Source: a virus. From it: a stretch of 22,842 bases of DNA. Position numbers and translations under genes: made by a program. The stretch lies in UHGV virus genome UHGV-1660455, one strand, 5' to 3'. The notes under the pieces are model-generated. The model saw only the letters and a list, made by a program, of their open reading frames with translations. It did not search any database and was not told where the DNA came from. Shown piece by piece: positions 9,742-19,511 of the stretch. Numbering within the stretch: the stretch's first letter is position 1; each line of letters starts with the position of its first letter.

Positions 9742-10479
9742 TCAGGAAACAGTGACTTTGCAGATCGCCACAAAGTTACCGTCATTGCTCATTACGATGA
9801 TCTCGACGGTGCCTGCCGCCACGCCGGTAACAGTCAGGGTATTGCCGCTGACGGTGACCGTTGCTTTTGACGGATCAGAACTGGCTACGCGGAAAGACTT
9901 ATCTGAAGCACTTGCTGGCAGGACAGAAACAACCAGTTGCGTCGTGGCCGCGACAGCCACAGCCGCCGTGGATTTATCCAGGCTGATCCCCGTAACGGCA
10001 ATCGGCGCGGTACCACTGTCTTCGGCCAGCGATGGTTTGCCATTGTTGGTGATTTTTGCCGTGCGGGTCATGACCTCTTTAGACGAGATGGTCTTGCCGA
10101 GACTGCTCACCCAGCCCTTAAAGACATCGACAACACCATTCGGATATTTGATTTTATACCCCTTCACGGTGCCTTCATCGAACCAGTTCACCAGGTCCTG
10201 CTGACCGGAATCCTCCGGCATCCATGCGAGCGTCAGGTTTGTTTCACCGGCTGATTTCTGCCCCTGCATCGTTGATGTCCAGTCGGCATTCTCATCATCG
10301 ATGTAGGTGTCATCTTCCGATTCAGCTGTCAGTTCTCCGGGCTGCAGGTCTTTAATCTTTGCCAGGCGCAGCCAGTCAACGTCTGAAAGCGGATTGGCGT
10401 ATGGATCACCAGTTCCGGTGTAAACCCAGAGGGTGGTACCAGCACCTTTTGTTGGTGCCAGCGGGTTTGGTGTGGCCAT
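9742..10479 (-). CDS. V: Major tail tube protein V with C-terminal Ig-like domain
   Basis: 245-aa ORF; the ...[25 protein letters not shown]... N-terminus is recognisably lambda V. Confidence 0.93.
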   Translation of the reverse strand: MATPNPLAPTKGAGTTLWVYTGTGDPYANPLSDVDWLRLAKIKDLQPGELTAESEDDTYIDDENADWTSTMQGQKSAGETNLTLAWMPEDSGQQDLVNWFDEGTVKGYKIKYPNGVVDVFKGWVSSLGKTISSKEVMTRTAKITNNGKPSLAEDSGTAPIAVTGISLDKSTAAVAVAATTQLVVSVLPASASDKSFRVASSDPSKATVTVSGNTLTVTGVAAGTVEIIVMSNDGNFVAICKVTVS

Positions 10480-10486
10480 AGGGTCC

Positions 10487-10885
10487 TCACATGTCGTAAG
10501 TAATGGAATATTTCAGGTCGGCAGAACTCCACAGCGCCATATCGTCATCGCGCTGGTAGTCATAGCCCTGCTGAACCATTGTGGTGATAAGAGATTCAAG
10601 CCCCGGAACCTCTGCGAGAACCGGATACACTCTCGTCTCCATCCAGTCATCCAGATCAGAATCAGGTACCTGAGCCTCAAGAAAGACTTCGATATGCAGA
10701 ATGGCCTGCCAGCTATCGGCGTCCAGTTCTTCCCCTGTGTATTCCGCATCTGTCAGGTAGACGGCAACAGCGGGAAAATCACCCTCTTCGAGCACTGCAG
10801 GTCTGCCGTCAAAATAAATGACATCAGTACCAATCGCGCTTTCCAGCGCGTCAATAATCACCTTGCGAATATCGCTGTGTTTCAT
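10487..10885 (-). CDS. U: Tail tube terminator protein U
   Basis: 132-aa ORF with the ...[27 protein letters not shown]... motif pattern of lambda U. Confidence 0.92.
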   Translation of the reverse strand: MKHSDIRKVIIDALESAIGTDVIYFDGRPAVLEEGDFPAVAVYLTDAEYTGEELDADSWQAILHIEVFLEAQVPDSDLDDWMETRVYPVLAEVPGLESLITTMVQQGYDYQRDDDMALWSSADLKYSITYDM

Positions 10886-11436
10886 CGTGTCAGAATTAAC
10901 CTGAGTTGGTTGGTAAGGGATGCCCGGAGCTCTTTGGGCATATCTGACTCCATGAGCTTCGGCAGTTCTTCTTTAAATGCCGTAGTTAATGGAGCTGCCA
11001 GCGGGATGCTGACCACTTCAATGGGGTAACGAGGTTTTGAAGTCCGCCTCATGACATGCCAGCGACCATTTTTAAGTTGCTGGATAAAGCCGCCCGGAAA
11101 ACGAAATGGCCCTATGCGAAGAACGCTGTTGGCCCCTTTCTTGTCCCGTTTTCTGCGGGAAAGTCGCACGCTTGCGGTACCGAGTTTAATGGCCGGTAAA
11201 TTTCCCCGGTTTACCCGGATAAGTGCACGAGGTCTATTGACCGTCGCACGCTTCACCCTGGCGCGTTGCTTTACCAGTTTTCGCGGTACGCGCGTATCTT
11301 TTGATACGACTGCCACGCTGCGGCTGACGGCCCGGTTTGCCACGCGGTTAACGGCCTGCGCCGATGCCCGCGGAACAGCCGTTTTGCTGATGCTGTTAAG
11401 GTTTTCTATGGCCTGTTCAAGGCCTTTTATGGACAT
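10882..11436 (-). CDS. Z: Head-tail connector / tail completion protein Z
   Basis: 184-aa basic ORF between FII and U in lambda order. Confidence 0.85.
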   Translation of the reverse strand: MSIKGLEQAIENLNSISKTAVPRASAQAVNRVANRAVSRSVAVVSKDTRVPRKLVKQRARVKRATVNRPRALIRVNRGNLPAIKLGTASVRLSRRKRDKKGANSVLRIGPFRFPGGFIQQLKNGRWHVMRRTSKPRYPIEVVSIPLAAPLTTAFKEELPKLMESDMPKELRASLTNQLRLILTR

Positions 11437-11445
11437 ATGCGCTCC

Positions 11446-11799
11446 TTAACGGCGACGCGAAGATGCAGGTGGAGAGCCGTTACCCAGACAGATATGACAG
11501 GAGCCACAGTCATCCGGACCAATACGTTCAACCCAGAATTGCCGACCGTTAATCGTCAGCGTGTCCATACGCTGCAGCTGCCTGACAGTGGCGGTTTCCA
11601 CAAACAGGGTCGGGCTGGTTCCTTCAACACGAATCCCGGCACCGGCATATCCGATATTTTCTGGATCATCGAATACACCGACCAGGGTGGCACCTGACAA
11701 AGCGCCTGACATCACCTTTGCCTCTGTGCCCATCACACCACGGATAGCGCTATCAGCTCGCGACATGGCCTCGTCAAAGAGATTATCGAAATCAGCCAT
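11446..11799 (-). CDS. FII: Head-tail joining protein FII
   Basis: 117-aa ORF, same length and position as lambda FII. Confidence 0.88.
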   Translation of the reverse strand: MADFDNLFDEAMSRADSAIRGVMGTEAKVMSGALSGATLVGVFDDPENIGYAGAGIRVEGTSPTLFVETATVRQLQRMDTLTINGRQFWVERIGPDDCGSCHICLGNGSPPASSRRR

Positions 11800-11809
11800 G
11801 TGGCCCCCT

Positions 11810-12271
11810 TCAGACTTCGAAAGCCAGCCCCTTTGCGATCAAGTCGTCGGCATCCTGTTCAGATACGCGGATAATCACACCAGGCTCTACGATAGATACC
11901 GGCTCGTTACGCGTGGCATGCAGAGCGTCAATATGCAGGGTGGCCAGCGTTTCTACTGATACCAGGTCACCCGTTGTGGCCGATTCCGTTTTTACTTTTG
12001 CCACGTTAGCAACATTGTTGTCGGTGCTGTCGGTGCTGTCGGTGCTGTCGGTGCTGTCGGAAGCATTCTGCACGCCGTTTTCACCGTCAACTGACCCGGC
12101 ATTGCCATCCAGTTCCTCTTCAAGCTCAGCAATACGCATCGTCAGTTCCTGAATGGTGCCGCTGGTACTGACCTCGCGGTTAAGCTGGGTCCCAAGTTCA
12201 TTCAGGCGGGCGACCAGCTTTTCTTTTTCTGTCATGGGAAATACTCCAGAAAGGTGGCCCGACAGGGCCAC
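11810..12271 (-). CDS. FI: DNA packaging protein FI, with an expanded (DST)n linker
   Basis: 153-aa ORF. The N-terminal ...EL.ARL.ELG.QLNR.VS..GT..EL..R.AEL.EELD... and C-terminal ...LH.DALHATR.EPV... segments are lambda FI-like; the central acidic linker holds the tandem repeat. Confidence 0.88.
   Translation of the reverse strand: MALSGHLSGVFPMTEKEKLVARLNELGTQLNREVSTSGTIQELTMRIAELEEELDGNAGSVDGENGVQNASDSTDSTDSTDSTDNNVANVAKVKTESATTGDLVSVETLATLHIDALHATRNEPVSIVEPGVIIRVSEQDADDLIAKGLAFEV
12021..12060. repeat. Perfect 9-bp tandem repeat (TCGGTGCTG, about 4.4 copies) inside FI, encoding (Asp-Ser-Thr)n on the minus strand
   Basis: Read directly: tcggtgctg x4 followed by tcgg. Confidence 0.95.
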
Positions 12272-12280
12272 TGGGGGAAG

Positions 12281-13306
12281 TTATGCCAGTTTGACGGAGA
12301 CGAATGCGTCAGGGTCTGGCAGCAGCATCAGCGGAGCTGACTGAATCATGGTGAATTCGCGCGCCGGATCCCCCGACTGCACCCAGTTTTTCGGGTAGCG
12401 TGTCGAGGCATTGATACCTTCGCGCTGGGCATCAGCATCAAGAATGCAGCCATAGGTACGCAGGCCACGAGCCTGGGTATTCCCCAGCACCATTGTCAGG
12501 TCCGGCAGATAATTCTTTTTGACGTCGTTTTCGACGTACTGGCCGGAGTACACCACGATGGCCACATCGCCAAACATCCCCTTGTATGAAACAGCCATAC
12601 CCAGGTCTTTCACGGCAGTTTCCAGCTCAGAGTTAGAACCACGACGCGTATCCAGCTTCTTCTCAACAGCCTTGAAGGAACGGAACAGCGCCCAGCCTTT
12701 CGGATCGAACACAATGATGTTGACCACACCGCTGGCGTTGAGCGCGTAGGCTTCAATGTCATCGGTCGGGTCATACGTTTCTTTGTCGCGGGTTGACCAT
12801 GCAGCCGCACCGGCCTGGACAATGTTGTTACCAGCGCTGCGGCCCATATCGACTTCAACAGGCTCGAACGCTTCCCCGGTCATGGTGTATTTACCGCTGA
12901 GCACCGCCGAAACAGCCTGTTTCTCTTCGACCTGAGCAATCGCCAGCTCTTCATCCTTCATGTTCTGAAGGATAATGCGGCGACGGCGATAGACCGGGTC
13001 AGCGAGATTCTGCGGATCCTCATCCGGCAGGCGGCGGAGAGTCATCAGTGGGTTAACTTCGTGTTTCGGCTTCACATAACCCGGCGTGAATTCAGACGTG
13101 CTGCCGCCACGGGAGCGGATCACTTTGCCGGAGACAATCGGCGAGACGTAAAGCGCCATATTGACCAGGCCAGGAATTTGCGACAGGTAAACCTTCTCTG
13201 TACTGAAGGGATAGGTTTCGCGGAAAAAGATACGCAGGAAAAGCGGATCGAATTTGAATTTCTTCTCATTGACCGCCAGCAGTTGGGCAGTGGTGTAAAC
13301 GGACAT
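12281..13306 (-). CDS. E: Major capsid protein E
   Basis: 341-aa ORF, same length as lambda E and highly similar along its whole length (MS.YTTAQLLA.NE.KFKFDPLFLR...). Confidence 0.96.
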   Translation of the reverse strand: MSVYTTAQLLAVNEKKFKFDPLFLRIFFRETYPFSTEKVYLSQIPGLVNMALYVSPIVSGKVIRSRGGSTSEFTPGYVKPKHEVNPLMTLRRLPDEDPQNLADPVYRRRRIILQNMKDEELAIAQVEEKQAVSAVLSGKYTMTGEAFEPVEVDMGRSAGNNIVQAGAAAWSTRDKETYDPTDDIEAYALNASGVVNIIVFDPKGWALFRSFKAVEKKLDTRRGSNSELETAVKDLGMAVSYKGMFGDVAIVVYSGQYVENDVKKNYLPDLTMVLGNTQARGLRTYGCILDADAQREGINASTRYPKNWVQSGDPAREFTMIQSAPLMLLPDPDAFVSVKLA

Positions 13307-13320
13307 AGATTTTTCCCGTA

Positions 13321-13344
13321 AAAAAAGCCGCGCAAGCGGCTTTT
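13321..13344 (-). terminator. Hairpin (GCCGC-GCAA-GCGGC, extendable through flanking A/T) with a U-run, between D and E
   Basis: Inverted repeat read directly; on the minus-strand RNA the stem is followed by UUUUUUU; located in a 67-bp D-E spacer. Confidence 0.5.
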
Positions 13345-13373
13345 ATGAATGATGATGGTTGTAGAAATGCGGA

Positions 13374-13706
13374 TTAAACGATGCTGATTGCAGTACCGGC
13401 GAACGCGTTACGTTTAATGTTGTCGTCGGTGACGGCAGATGGCCAGAGGACATCTTCAATACGGAAAGAGCCAGATTTGTAATATGCCAGTTCCGCGCTG
13501 TTCTGGTCTGCGGTTACAGCCAGGATGCCCATTGCCGCGCCAGCATGAGCACCATCCCAGACGGTCAGCTTGCCAGAAGTGGCATCCAGCATGAGCGGCG
13601 TCATGGCTGGAGTGGAAGCCGTCAGTTCGCCAGGACCATACGCAGTGTGCGCCGGGTCGCTGTTACCGAGCGGCTGGTTATGTGTGAAAACTTCAGTAAT
13701 TGCCAT
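13374..13706 (-). CDS. D: Head decoration protein D
   Basis: 110-aa ORF, same length as lambda D, with the conserved ...GNSDPAHTA... and ...[11 protein letters not shown]-terminus. Confidence 0.95.
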   Translation of the reverse strand: MAITEVFTHNQPLGNSDPAHTAYGPGELTASTPAMTPLMLDATSGKLTVWDGAHAGAAMGILAVTADQNSAELAYYKSGSFRIEDVLWPSAVTDDNIKRNAFAGTAISIV

Positions 13707-13715
13707 GATAGCCTC

Positions 13716-14981
13716 TTAAACGGGGGTGTTTAACAAATCGTCAGCGGCATCAGAAGATGCGCTACCTGCTGGGAGTGCACCGGGTGCTGTTTCCATCAAA
13801 CGATCCAGCGCCGTATCGGTACGCGCCTGGGCACTTTGCGGTGCAGCAGCCAGAATGCGCTGTGCGCTCTCTACCGTCATACCCGGCGTTTCGGCCAGTG
13901 CTCGCGCCTGTGACTCACGCCCTTTAGCCTCATCGCAGTTCAGGATGCCCATGATGCGGCTATTCTCTGCAGCTACTGCTGCAGTAACCTGCGCACTGAC
14001 ATCTACAGGGGCCGCTACGGAAGCAATGGTCGTGTCAACGGTAGTGACCTGTTCAGCTGAGGCAGTTGTCTGAGTTGCTGCCTGGTCAACTGGCTTAGTG
14101 GTCACAGCTGAAGCAGAAGGTGATGGCATAGTTCCTCCAAGGGTTGTTTTTTTGCGTCTGTCGAGTGCTTCGCGCATCACGCCGAGCGCATCGGTATTGT
14201 TAACAAGTTCATCCGCCAGTCCGTTATCCAAAGACTCCTGGCCGGAGAATACTGCCGCTTCGGTGTCCAGCACGTCCTGAACAGACATGCCGGTATAAGC
14301 GGAAACCTTTTCGGCAAACATCTGACGAGTGGCATCGATACGCGTCTGGAAATCAGCACGCACATCTTTCGGAAGCTTTTCGTAAGGGTTGCCGTCGACC
14401 TTGCGATCGCCGCTGTAAATCAGCGTGACCTCAACGCCGTTAGTTTTGAGCGCAGCGCCATAGTTGCTGTGCGCCATCATGACCCCAATGGAGCCGGTTC
14501 TGGCCGTTTGTGTGACCAGCCGTCGCGATGCCGAACTGGCTATAAGCTGCCCTGCACTGCAGTTCATGTCATTGGCCAGCGCCCAGATGGGTTTGATATC
14601 GCGCATACGGGCTATAATGTCGGCGCAGTCAAACGCCCCGGACACCATTCCACCCGGCGTATCCATATCCAGAAGAATGCCGTCAACGCCGGGGTCACTG
14701 ATTGCCTGCTGCAGGCGAGCAATGATCCCGTTGTAACCCGTCATGCCGGAATAAGGCTGAAGCGCACGGGTTTTACTGACCAGCGTGCCGGAAACCGGCA
14801 AGACCGCGATACCATTTGCCACCTGATAGCTGCGTGATGGACGGGGATCCATGTCATCATCCTCACCAAACAGCGCCAGCGGTTCGGCTATTTGTCCGGC
14901 ATCAAGCGTGATGCCAGAGACGGTATCTGTCAGCCGGGTGATGCCCAACTGGCCAGCCAGCGCGCAAATAGGCGGGTTCAA
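13716..14981 (-). CDS. C: Head maturation protease / scaffold protein C (S49 peptidase family; the 3' portion corresponds to the Nu3 scaffold frame); the 5' end appears frameshifted
   Basis: 421-aa ORF that opens on a TTG directly after an in-frame TGA. It is recognisably lambda C from ...CALAGQLG... onwards, but the first 26 C-like codons lie in another frame (next feature). Confidence 0.85.
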   Translation of the reverse strand: MNPPICALAGQLGITRLTDTVSGITLDAGQIAEPLALFGEDDDMDPRPSRSYQVANGIAVLPVSGTLVSKTRALQPYSGMTGYNGIIARLQQAISDPGVDGILLDMDTPGGMVSGAFDCADIIARMRDIKPIWALANDMNCSAGQLIASSASRRLVTQTARTGSIGVMMAHSNYGAALKTNGVEVTLIYSGDRKVDGNPYEKLPKDVRADFQTRIDATRQMFAEKVSAYTGMSVQDVLDTEAAVFSGQESLDNGLADELVNNTDALGVMREALDRRKKTTLGGTMPSPSASAVTTKPVDQAATQTTASAEQVTTVDTTIASVAAPVDVSAQVTAAVAAENSRIMGILNCDEAKGRESQARALAETPGMTVESAQRILAAAPQSAQARTDTALDRLMETAPGALPAGSASSDAADDLLNTPV

Positions 14982-15046
14982 GCATCAGCGGCTCATTAAA
15001 GGCCATACTGGCAATATGCGGAAGATTACGCAGCTCGTGCGCCATC
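14903..15046 (-). other. C: Out-of-frame 5' fragment of gene C: ATG plus 26 codons matching the lambda C N-terminus, then a frame change and premature stop
   Basis: Manual translation from the ATG at 15046 gives [26 protein letters not shown], then unrelated residues and a TGA at 14903-14905. The C homology resumes in the +1 frame at ...ICALAGQLG. Confidence 0.6.
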
Positions 15047-16618
15047 TTGCTCCTCCTCGTTTGATTTTTTCACTCCGGCCTCAAAAGCTGCAGCGGCCCA
15101 TGCCGGTGGTTTCAGACCCGCAGCACGACGCTCCATGGTTTCCCGGACCTGCTGGGCAAAAATCTCCTGATAATCATCACCGCGTTTGGCGCACTCTTTT
15201 TCATACGTGCTGAGACCTGCCTCAATGAGCATGACGGCCTCCTGTACCTCTTTCAGCCCGTCAATTGCCATTCGACCAGAGCCAATCCAGTTGGCATTCC
15301 CCCAGGCTGTTCTCGCCTCCTGGAAACTGAACCGGGCTTTCGAAGGAAGCGTGACCACGCGGCGGACAATCGCCTCTTCAAGCCAGCAAAGAAACATCTG
15401 ACAGGCCTGTCGGGATGCCACAAACTTGCGACGCCCCATAAAGTACGCCCAGGACTCGTTAGCACTTGCGCGTGCGGTCGAGTAGCTCATCTGCGAATAG
15501 TTTCGCGAAAGCTGCTCATACGACACACCAAGCCCAGCGGCAATATAACGCAGCAGGGACTGTTCAAAAGTCGAGTAGCCGTTATCGGTATCCTGCGCCG
15601 ACTGAAGGTTGAGAGAATCACCCGGCAACAGGTGTGGAACCCTTGCCCCACCCAGGCGAACAGGCGCAGCTGAGTAATAGGACGCCATTTCACCGAGCCA
15701 GCCCGTAAGTTTGCTCTGCTGCTCTTTATTATCCGCGCCGAGAATAAAGTCCATCGCCGATTGGGTATCCAGTTCACTCTCGATGGTAGCGGCATACATA
15801 GCCTTCACTATCGCGCTCTGGAGCTGGGTATTTTGCAGGGTATCGAGCATTTTCATCTGCTCCATCACGCTGTAAAACGCATTGGCCCCACGGGTCTGTC
15901 CATCCTCCATCGGTTCGAATACATGGATAAATGAAGGTCGACCGCCGGGTAGTTCGCGAGGAATGTAGGTCCAGTTCTGCGCCATCCAGCCGGGATAACC
16001 ATCGTCGCTGACGTAATATCCCAGCGCAGCACCGCTATCATTTATTTTCACACCGGCGCGACAGTTCCGGGTATCACCGATATTATTCGGATTGCTGACG
16101 CGCTTCGGACTGACCATTTTGAACTGAGTACGGAAAAGACGCGTTGAATCGCTGTCCCAGGTCGCCTGCGTGCATAATTCACCGTTAAACGCGTGCATGG
16201 CCACACCTTCTCGGATCATCATCGTAAACGTTCGCTTACGCTCGGCATCAATCCCGCAAAAGTCGTCCTCGGCATACTCATTCCATGCAGCTTCCACATC
16301 CCGCGAGAATGCCCGTGAATCCTCCTCATTTATTCCCAGATAACGCCAGCTTGGTCGATAACTGAGTCTGAAAAATGACCCGACGATGTGGTCCTGGTGG
16401 AGCTGCACGGCGTTTGCCGCGTAGCCATTATTTCGCACCAGATCGTCAGCGCGGGCATTTCCGCGAGAATAGTTGGGTAGGAGTGCGGCATCTGCACTTT
16501 CACTCGGCGGATTCCAGCCTCGCAGCTGCCCACCAAACCCGCCTCCACCGCCATGATATCCTGCGTATTCCCGAAGGGATGTTTTCCCGTCAGGTCCCAC
16601 CAAAGATGGTATTTTCAT
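15026..16618 (-). CDS. B: Portal protein B
   Basis: 530-aa ORF highly similar to lambda B over its length. Confidence 0.96.
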   Translation of the reverse strand: MKIPSLVGPDGKTSLREYAGYHGGGGGFGGQLRGWNPPSESADAALLPNYSRGNARADDLVRNNGYAANAVQLHQDHIVGSFFRLSYRPSWRYLGINEEDSRAFSRDVEAAWNEYAEDDFCGIDAERKRTFTMMIREGVAMHAFNGELCTQATWDSDSTRLFRTQFKMVSPKRVSNPNNIGDTRNCRAGVKINDSGAALGYYVSDDGYPGWMAQNWTYIPRELPGGRPSFIHVFEPMEDGQTRGANAFYSVMEQMKMLDTLQNTQLQSAIVKAMYAATIESELDTQSAMDFILGADNKEQQSKLTGWLGEMASYYSAAPVRLGGARVPHLLPGDSLNLQSAQDTDNGYSTFEQSLLRYIAAGLGVSYEQLSRNYSQMSYSTARASANESWAYFMGRRKFVASRQACQMFLCWLEEAIVRRVVTLPSKARFSFQEARTAWGNANWIGSGRMAIDGLKEVQEAVMLIEAGLSTYEKECAKRGDDYQEIFAQQVRETMERRAAGLKPPAWAAAAFEAGVKKSNEEEQDGARAA

Positions 16619-16821
16619 ACGTAAAACCCTGCTGGCCCCCGGCGTCGTGATGTGGTGCCAACCTGAGATTCAAGGTCAGCAATATATTTTTTGAGATCGC
16701 TGACTGAAGTGGCTGTAAATTCCACTCTTCGACCGTCTTTCTGTACCGTCGCCACGCGCTTTCCCATCATCAGGTCATGTAACGCAGCGCGCGCGGCATC
16801 CAGTTCAGTCTGTGTTGCCAT
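16615..16821 (-). CDS. W: Head-tail joining / DNA stabilisation protein W
   Basis: 68-aa ORF, same length as lambda W, with the conserved ...[31 protein letters not shown]... core. Confidence 0.93.
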   Translation of the reverse strand: MATQTELDAARAALHDLMMGKRVATVQKDGRRVEFTATSVSDLKKYIADLESQVGTTSRRRGPAGFYV

Positions 16822-18743
16822 TATTCATCTCCAGATAATGCCCGCGCGTAATCCGCCAGGGTCTTGTTATTGTTACGGCTGCCTTCTTCCTCCAGCAGGC
16901 TGGCCAGAAGTGAATCAAGATTTAGCTGCCAGCGGGATATGCTTATACGCAGCGCCGCCAGTGCATAAACAAAGCAATCGAGCGCCTCATTTCGTCGTTT
17001 TTTGCTGTCCCAGACGATCTTTTTCTTTCCGTCTACCCATTTTTCCACCTGCTCTTCAGCTGTTAGTTGTTGGGCCTCTGTTAGATCGTAGATTTCTGGG
17101 TTATTCGGGAAATGAACCGCTCCCGCCAGCGGCTCGTCTCTTTGCGCCACCAGCGTGAAACGGTTATAAATCTGCTCTTTTGCGGTGTCTGTTCCTACCT
17201 CTGTGAGGTAAACACCATTCTTGTTACGCTTGCGTGGCATGTTCGCCACTGGCTTTCCATAAACCGACGCCCCCTTTATAGGGATCACACGAAACAGACC
17301 GTGTTTTTTTGAGCGGTTGTAGACGATGGTGGGATCAATGCCGCCAATATCCCAGCAAGTGCGGGATATAACCATTTCGAGACCGTTCTGGCGCTTATAC
17401 GTCCTGTTGATCGCTTCATCAACTCGAGCGAGAGTCGACTCATCATCATGACGACCCATAATGATAATTTTGTCGATAAGCCAGCTTTCCTCTCCCGGCC
17501 CCCATCCCCAAACACGCATTTCGTAACGGTCAAGCTGGGAGTCAATACCCGCTGTCAGATATGCCACTCGCTCCGGCACAGACGCTTCAAAGTGCTCTTT
17601 TCGTTCCGCTAAAACTTCAGCATCGGGTCGCTCACCTATTTTCGGTTCCCACGTTTCGCCCAGGGTCGTGTTAACGAAAGTTTTTCGCTTACCCGTATCA
17701 CCTTTTGTTTTTATCCAGTCCTTGACGATCTGCACCCAGGTTGTGAACGGGCTATATGCGGTCCAGATGTGGAATGTAACGCTATCAGGAGGTTCAATTT
17801 CGGTACCGGATGAAGAAAACCAGTTAAGGCCGTCTCGTGTCCAGATACCTGTTTCATCACAAATATACCTGGCCTCCAGAAATTCCAGCTCCTGTTGTTT
17901 AATCACACAGGCATTGTGTTCACAGAGGTAGTAAACGCTGGCAGGTTCTCCCGGAGACCATTTGAAGCCAAATGGTGTCTCTTTATCACCGAATTTCAGA
18001 TACTGCTCTTCCCCACAGTGTGGGCATGGAACATGGAACCGAAGAAAATGTTCAGACTCCTTAGCAGCTCTTTCTATCTGGCACGTACCTTTGACTTTCG
18101 GTGTAGATCCGCGAATGGATTTCGGCCATACAGAACCCTCAATACGCTTATCACCCAGAAAGGTGGGAGAACCTTCTTTCTCGATGTCATCATCGAAAGC
18201 GGCGAGCTCGTCGTAGCCAGCCACATCAACTGATTTTTCACGGTAGTTTTTTGCAGCCTTACCGCCCAGGCACCAGAAACCACGACCATTCGAGAAACGC
18301 TTCATGCTCAGCGTATTGTCCCGGTGTTTTTTACCGTACCAGGGAGCAAGCGCCAGCAACGTCGGAATATCACGAATGGTCGGTTCTACATGAGACTTCA
18401 TGAAGTTTTCAGCATCACCGTCGGTTGGTAACCATATTAGGGAGTTACGCTGTTTATGTTGGATGAAATATGCGTAAACGCCGAGCAACATTTTTGAGTA
18501 GCCGACACGAGCCGATTTAACGACATTCACCTCGCGAATATAGTCATTACCCATCGCATTCATAATTGCACGCTGAAATGGCAGTGTTTCCCAGCGCCCT
18601 TCCTGGTAGGCAGACTCTTTCGGGAGATAATAATTCTCATCTGCCCATTCAACTGCTGTTTGCGGTTGCGGCCGGTACAGCGAACGTAACCCCGCCCGCG
18701 CAGAGTGCTGCAGCCCCTTAACCTGACTGTTCGATATATTCAC
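16821..18743 (-). CDS. A: Terminase large subunit A (gpA; ATPase/endonuclease)
   Basis: 640-aa ORF near-colinear with lambda gpA (MNISNSQV... N-terminus; Walker and nuclease regions conserved). Confidence 0.97.
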   Translation of the reverse strand: MNISNSQVKGLQHSARAGLRSLYRPQPQTAVEWADENYYLPKESAYQEGRWETLPFQRAIMNAMGNDYIREVNVVKSARVGYSKMLLGVYAYFIQHKQRNSLIWLPTDGDAENFMKSHVEPTIRDIPTLLALAPWYGKKHRDNTLSMKRFSNGRGFWCLGGKAAKNYREKSVDVAGYDELAAFDDDIEKEGSPTFLGDKRIEGSVWPKSIRGSTPKVKGTCQIERAAKESEHFLRFHVPCPHCGEEQYLKFGDKETPFGFKWSPGEPASVYYLCEHNACVIKQQELEFLEARYICDETGIWTRDGLNWFSSSGTEIEPPDSVTFHIWTAYSPFTTWVQIVKDWIKTKGDTGKRKTFVNTTLGETWEPKIGERPDAEVLAERKEHFEASVPERVAYLTAGIDSQLDRYEMRVWGWGPGEESWLIDKIIIMGRHDDESTLARVDEAINRTYKRQNGLEMVISRTCWDIGGIDPTIVYNRSKKHGLFRVIPIKGASVYGKPVANMPRKRNKNGVYLTEVGTDTAKEQIYNRFTLVAQRDEPLAGAVHFPNNPEIYDLTEAQQLTAEEQVEKWVDGKKKIVWDSKKRRNEALDCFVYALAALRISISRWQLNLDSLLASLLEEEGSRNNNKTLADYARALSGDE

Positions 18744-19263
18744 TCAGCAACCCCGGTATCATTTCATCCAGCGCAGCTGCCTTGTTCATGGCCTTAATGA
18801 TGTCCTTCTTGAGGAAATCAATATGTCGGTTCTCCAGCTCCGGGAAGCGCCGCTGAACCGACAGAGGTATTCCATCGAGAATGCTGGCGATTTCTCCGGC
18901 TACCCGCGACAGCACGAACGTGCAGAATGCGGTCTCCACCACTTCAGCGGACTCTTTTGCATTTTTTAATTCCTGAGCGTCAGCCTGAGCTCGCGTAAGT
19001 CGGTGTCGCTCATATTCAATCGTGCCAGGTTGAAGATCGGACTCAGAAGCGATACGGAGATCTTCAACTTCCTTCCGCAACTTTTCATTTTCTATAGCTG
19101 CATCGCGCGCACTGTACCATTCGATTGCAGCAGCAGATTCAAAGAGAACCTCATTACCTTTGCCACCACCGCGGACAACCGGCATACCTTGCTCCTGCCA
19201 GTTCTGAATCGTTCGGACGCTTACCCCGAAAATTTCGGATAAGCGTTTTTTGTTAACCTCCAT
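18718..19263 (-). CDS. Nu1: Terminase small subunit Nu1
   Basis: 181-aa ORF, same length as lambda Nu1; N-terminal winged-helix region MEVNKK...IRTIQNWQEQGMPV.RGGGKGNEVL... essentially as in lambda. Confidence 0.96.
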   Translation of the reverse strand: MEVNKKRLSEIFGVSVRTIQNWQEQGMPVVRGGGKGNEVLFESAAAIEWYSARDAAIENEKLRKEVEDLRIASESDLQPGTIEYERHRLTRAQADAQELKNAKESAEVVETAFCTFVLSRVAGEIASILDGIPLSVQRRFPELENRHIDFLKKDIIKAMNKAAALDEMIPGLLSEYIEQSG

Positions 19264-19438
19264 GGCTTACTCCTGGCAAAAAACAGAGAAAGGAAACAAT
19301 CAACGGTAAACTTCCGTTTTCCTTGCTCAGCATTTCCTTTCTGGAGAGAGGACGTTTTTAACAAAAACAATGAGTAAACAAGAAGAAGAACGGAAATGGC
19401 ATAAACCAGAAAATTTTCATAAATAGCGAGAATCTGCG

Positions 19439-19450
19439 CGGACGCCGCCC
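19439..19450 (-). other. cos: cosN cohesive-end site (predicted 12-nt overhang 5'-GGGCGGCGTCCG-3' on the phage l-strand), with cosQ-like and cosB-like flanks
   Basis: The revcomp of 19400-19500 aligns by eye with the lambda right-end/left-end junction (...GTTACG|GGGCGGCG....|CGCTATTTATGAAAATTTTC.GG...), about 180 bp upstream of Nu1. Confidence 0.75.
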
Positions 19451-19511
19451 CGTAACAGGCCGGATCGCCGGAAAGGACCCGCAAACGATATTAATTATCA
19501 TTTGCATATCA

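Noticed and set aside
12021-12060. Possibility that the 9-bp tandem repeat is a CRISPR-like or other array
   Set aside because: Units are contiguous with no spacers, only 9 bp, and in-frame within FI; it is a coding microsatellite.
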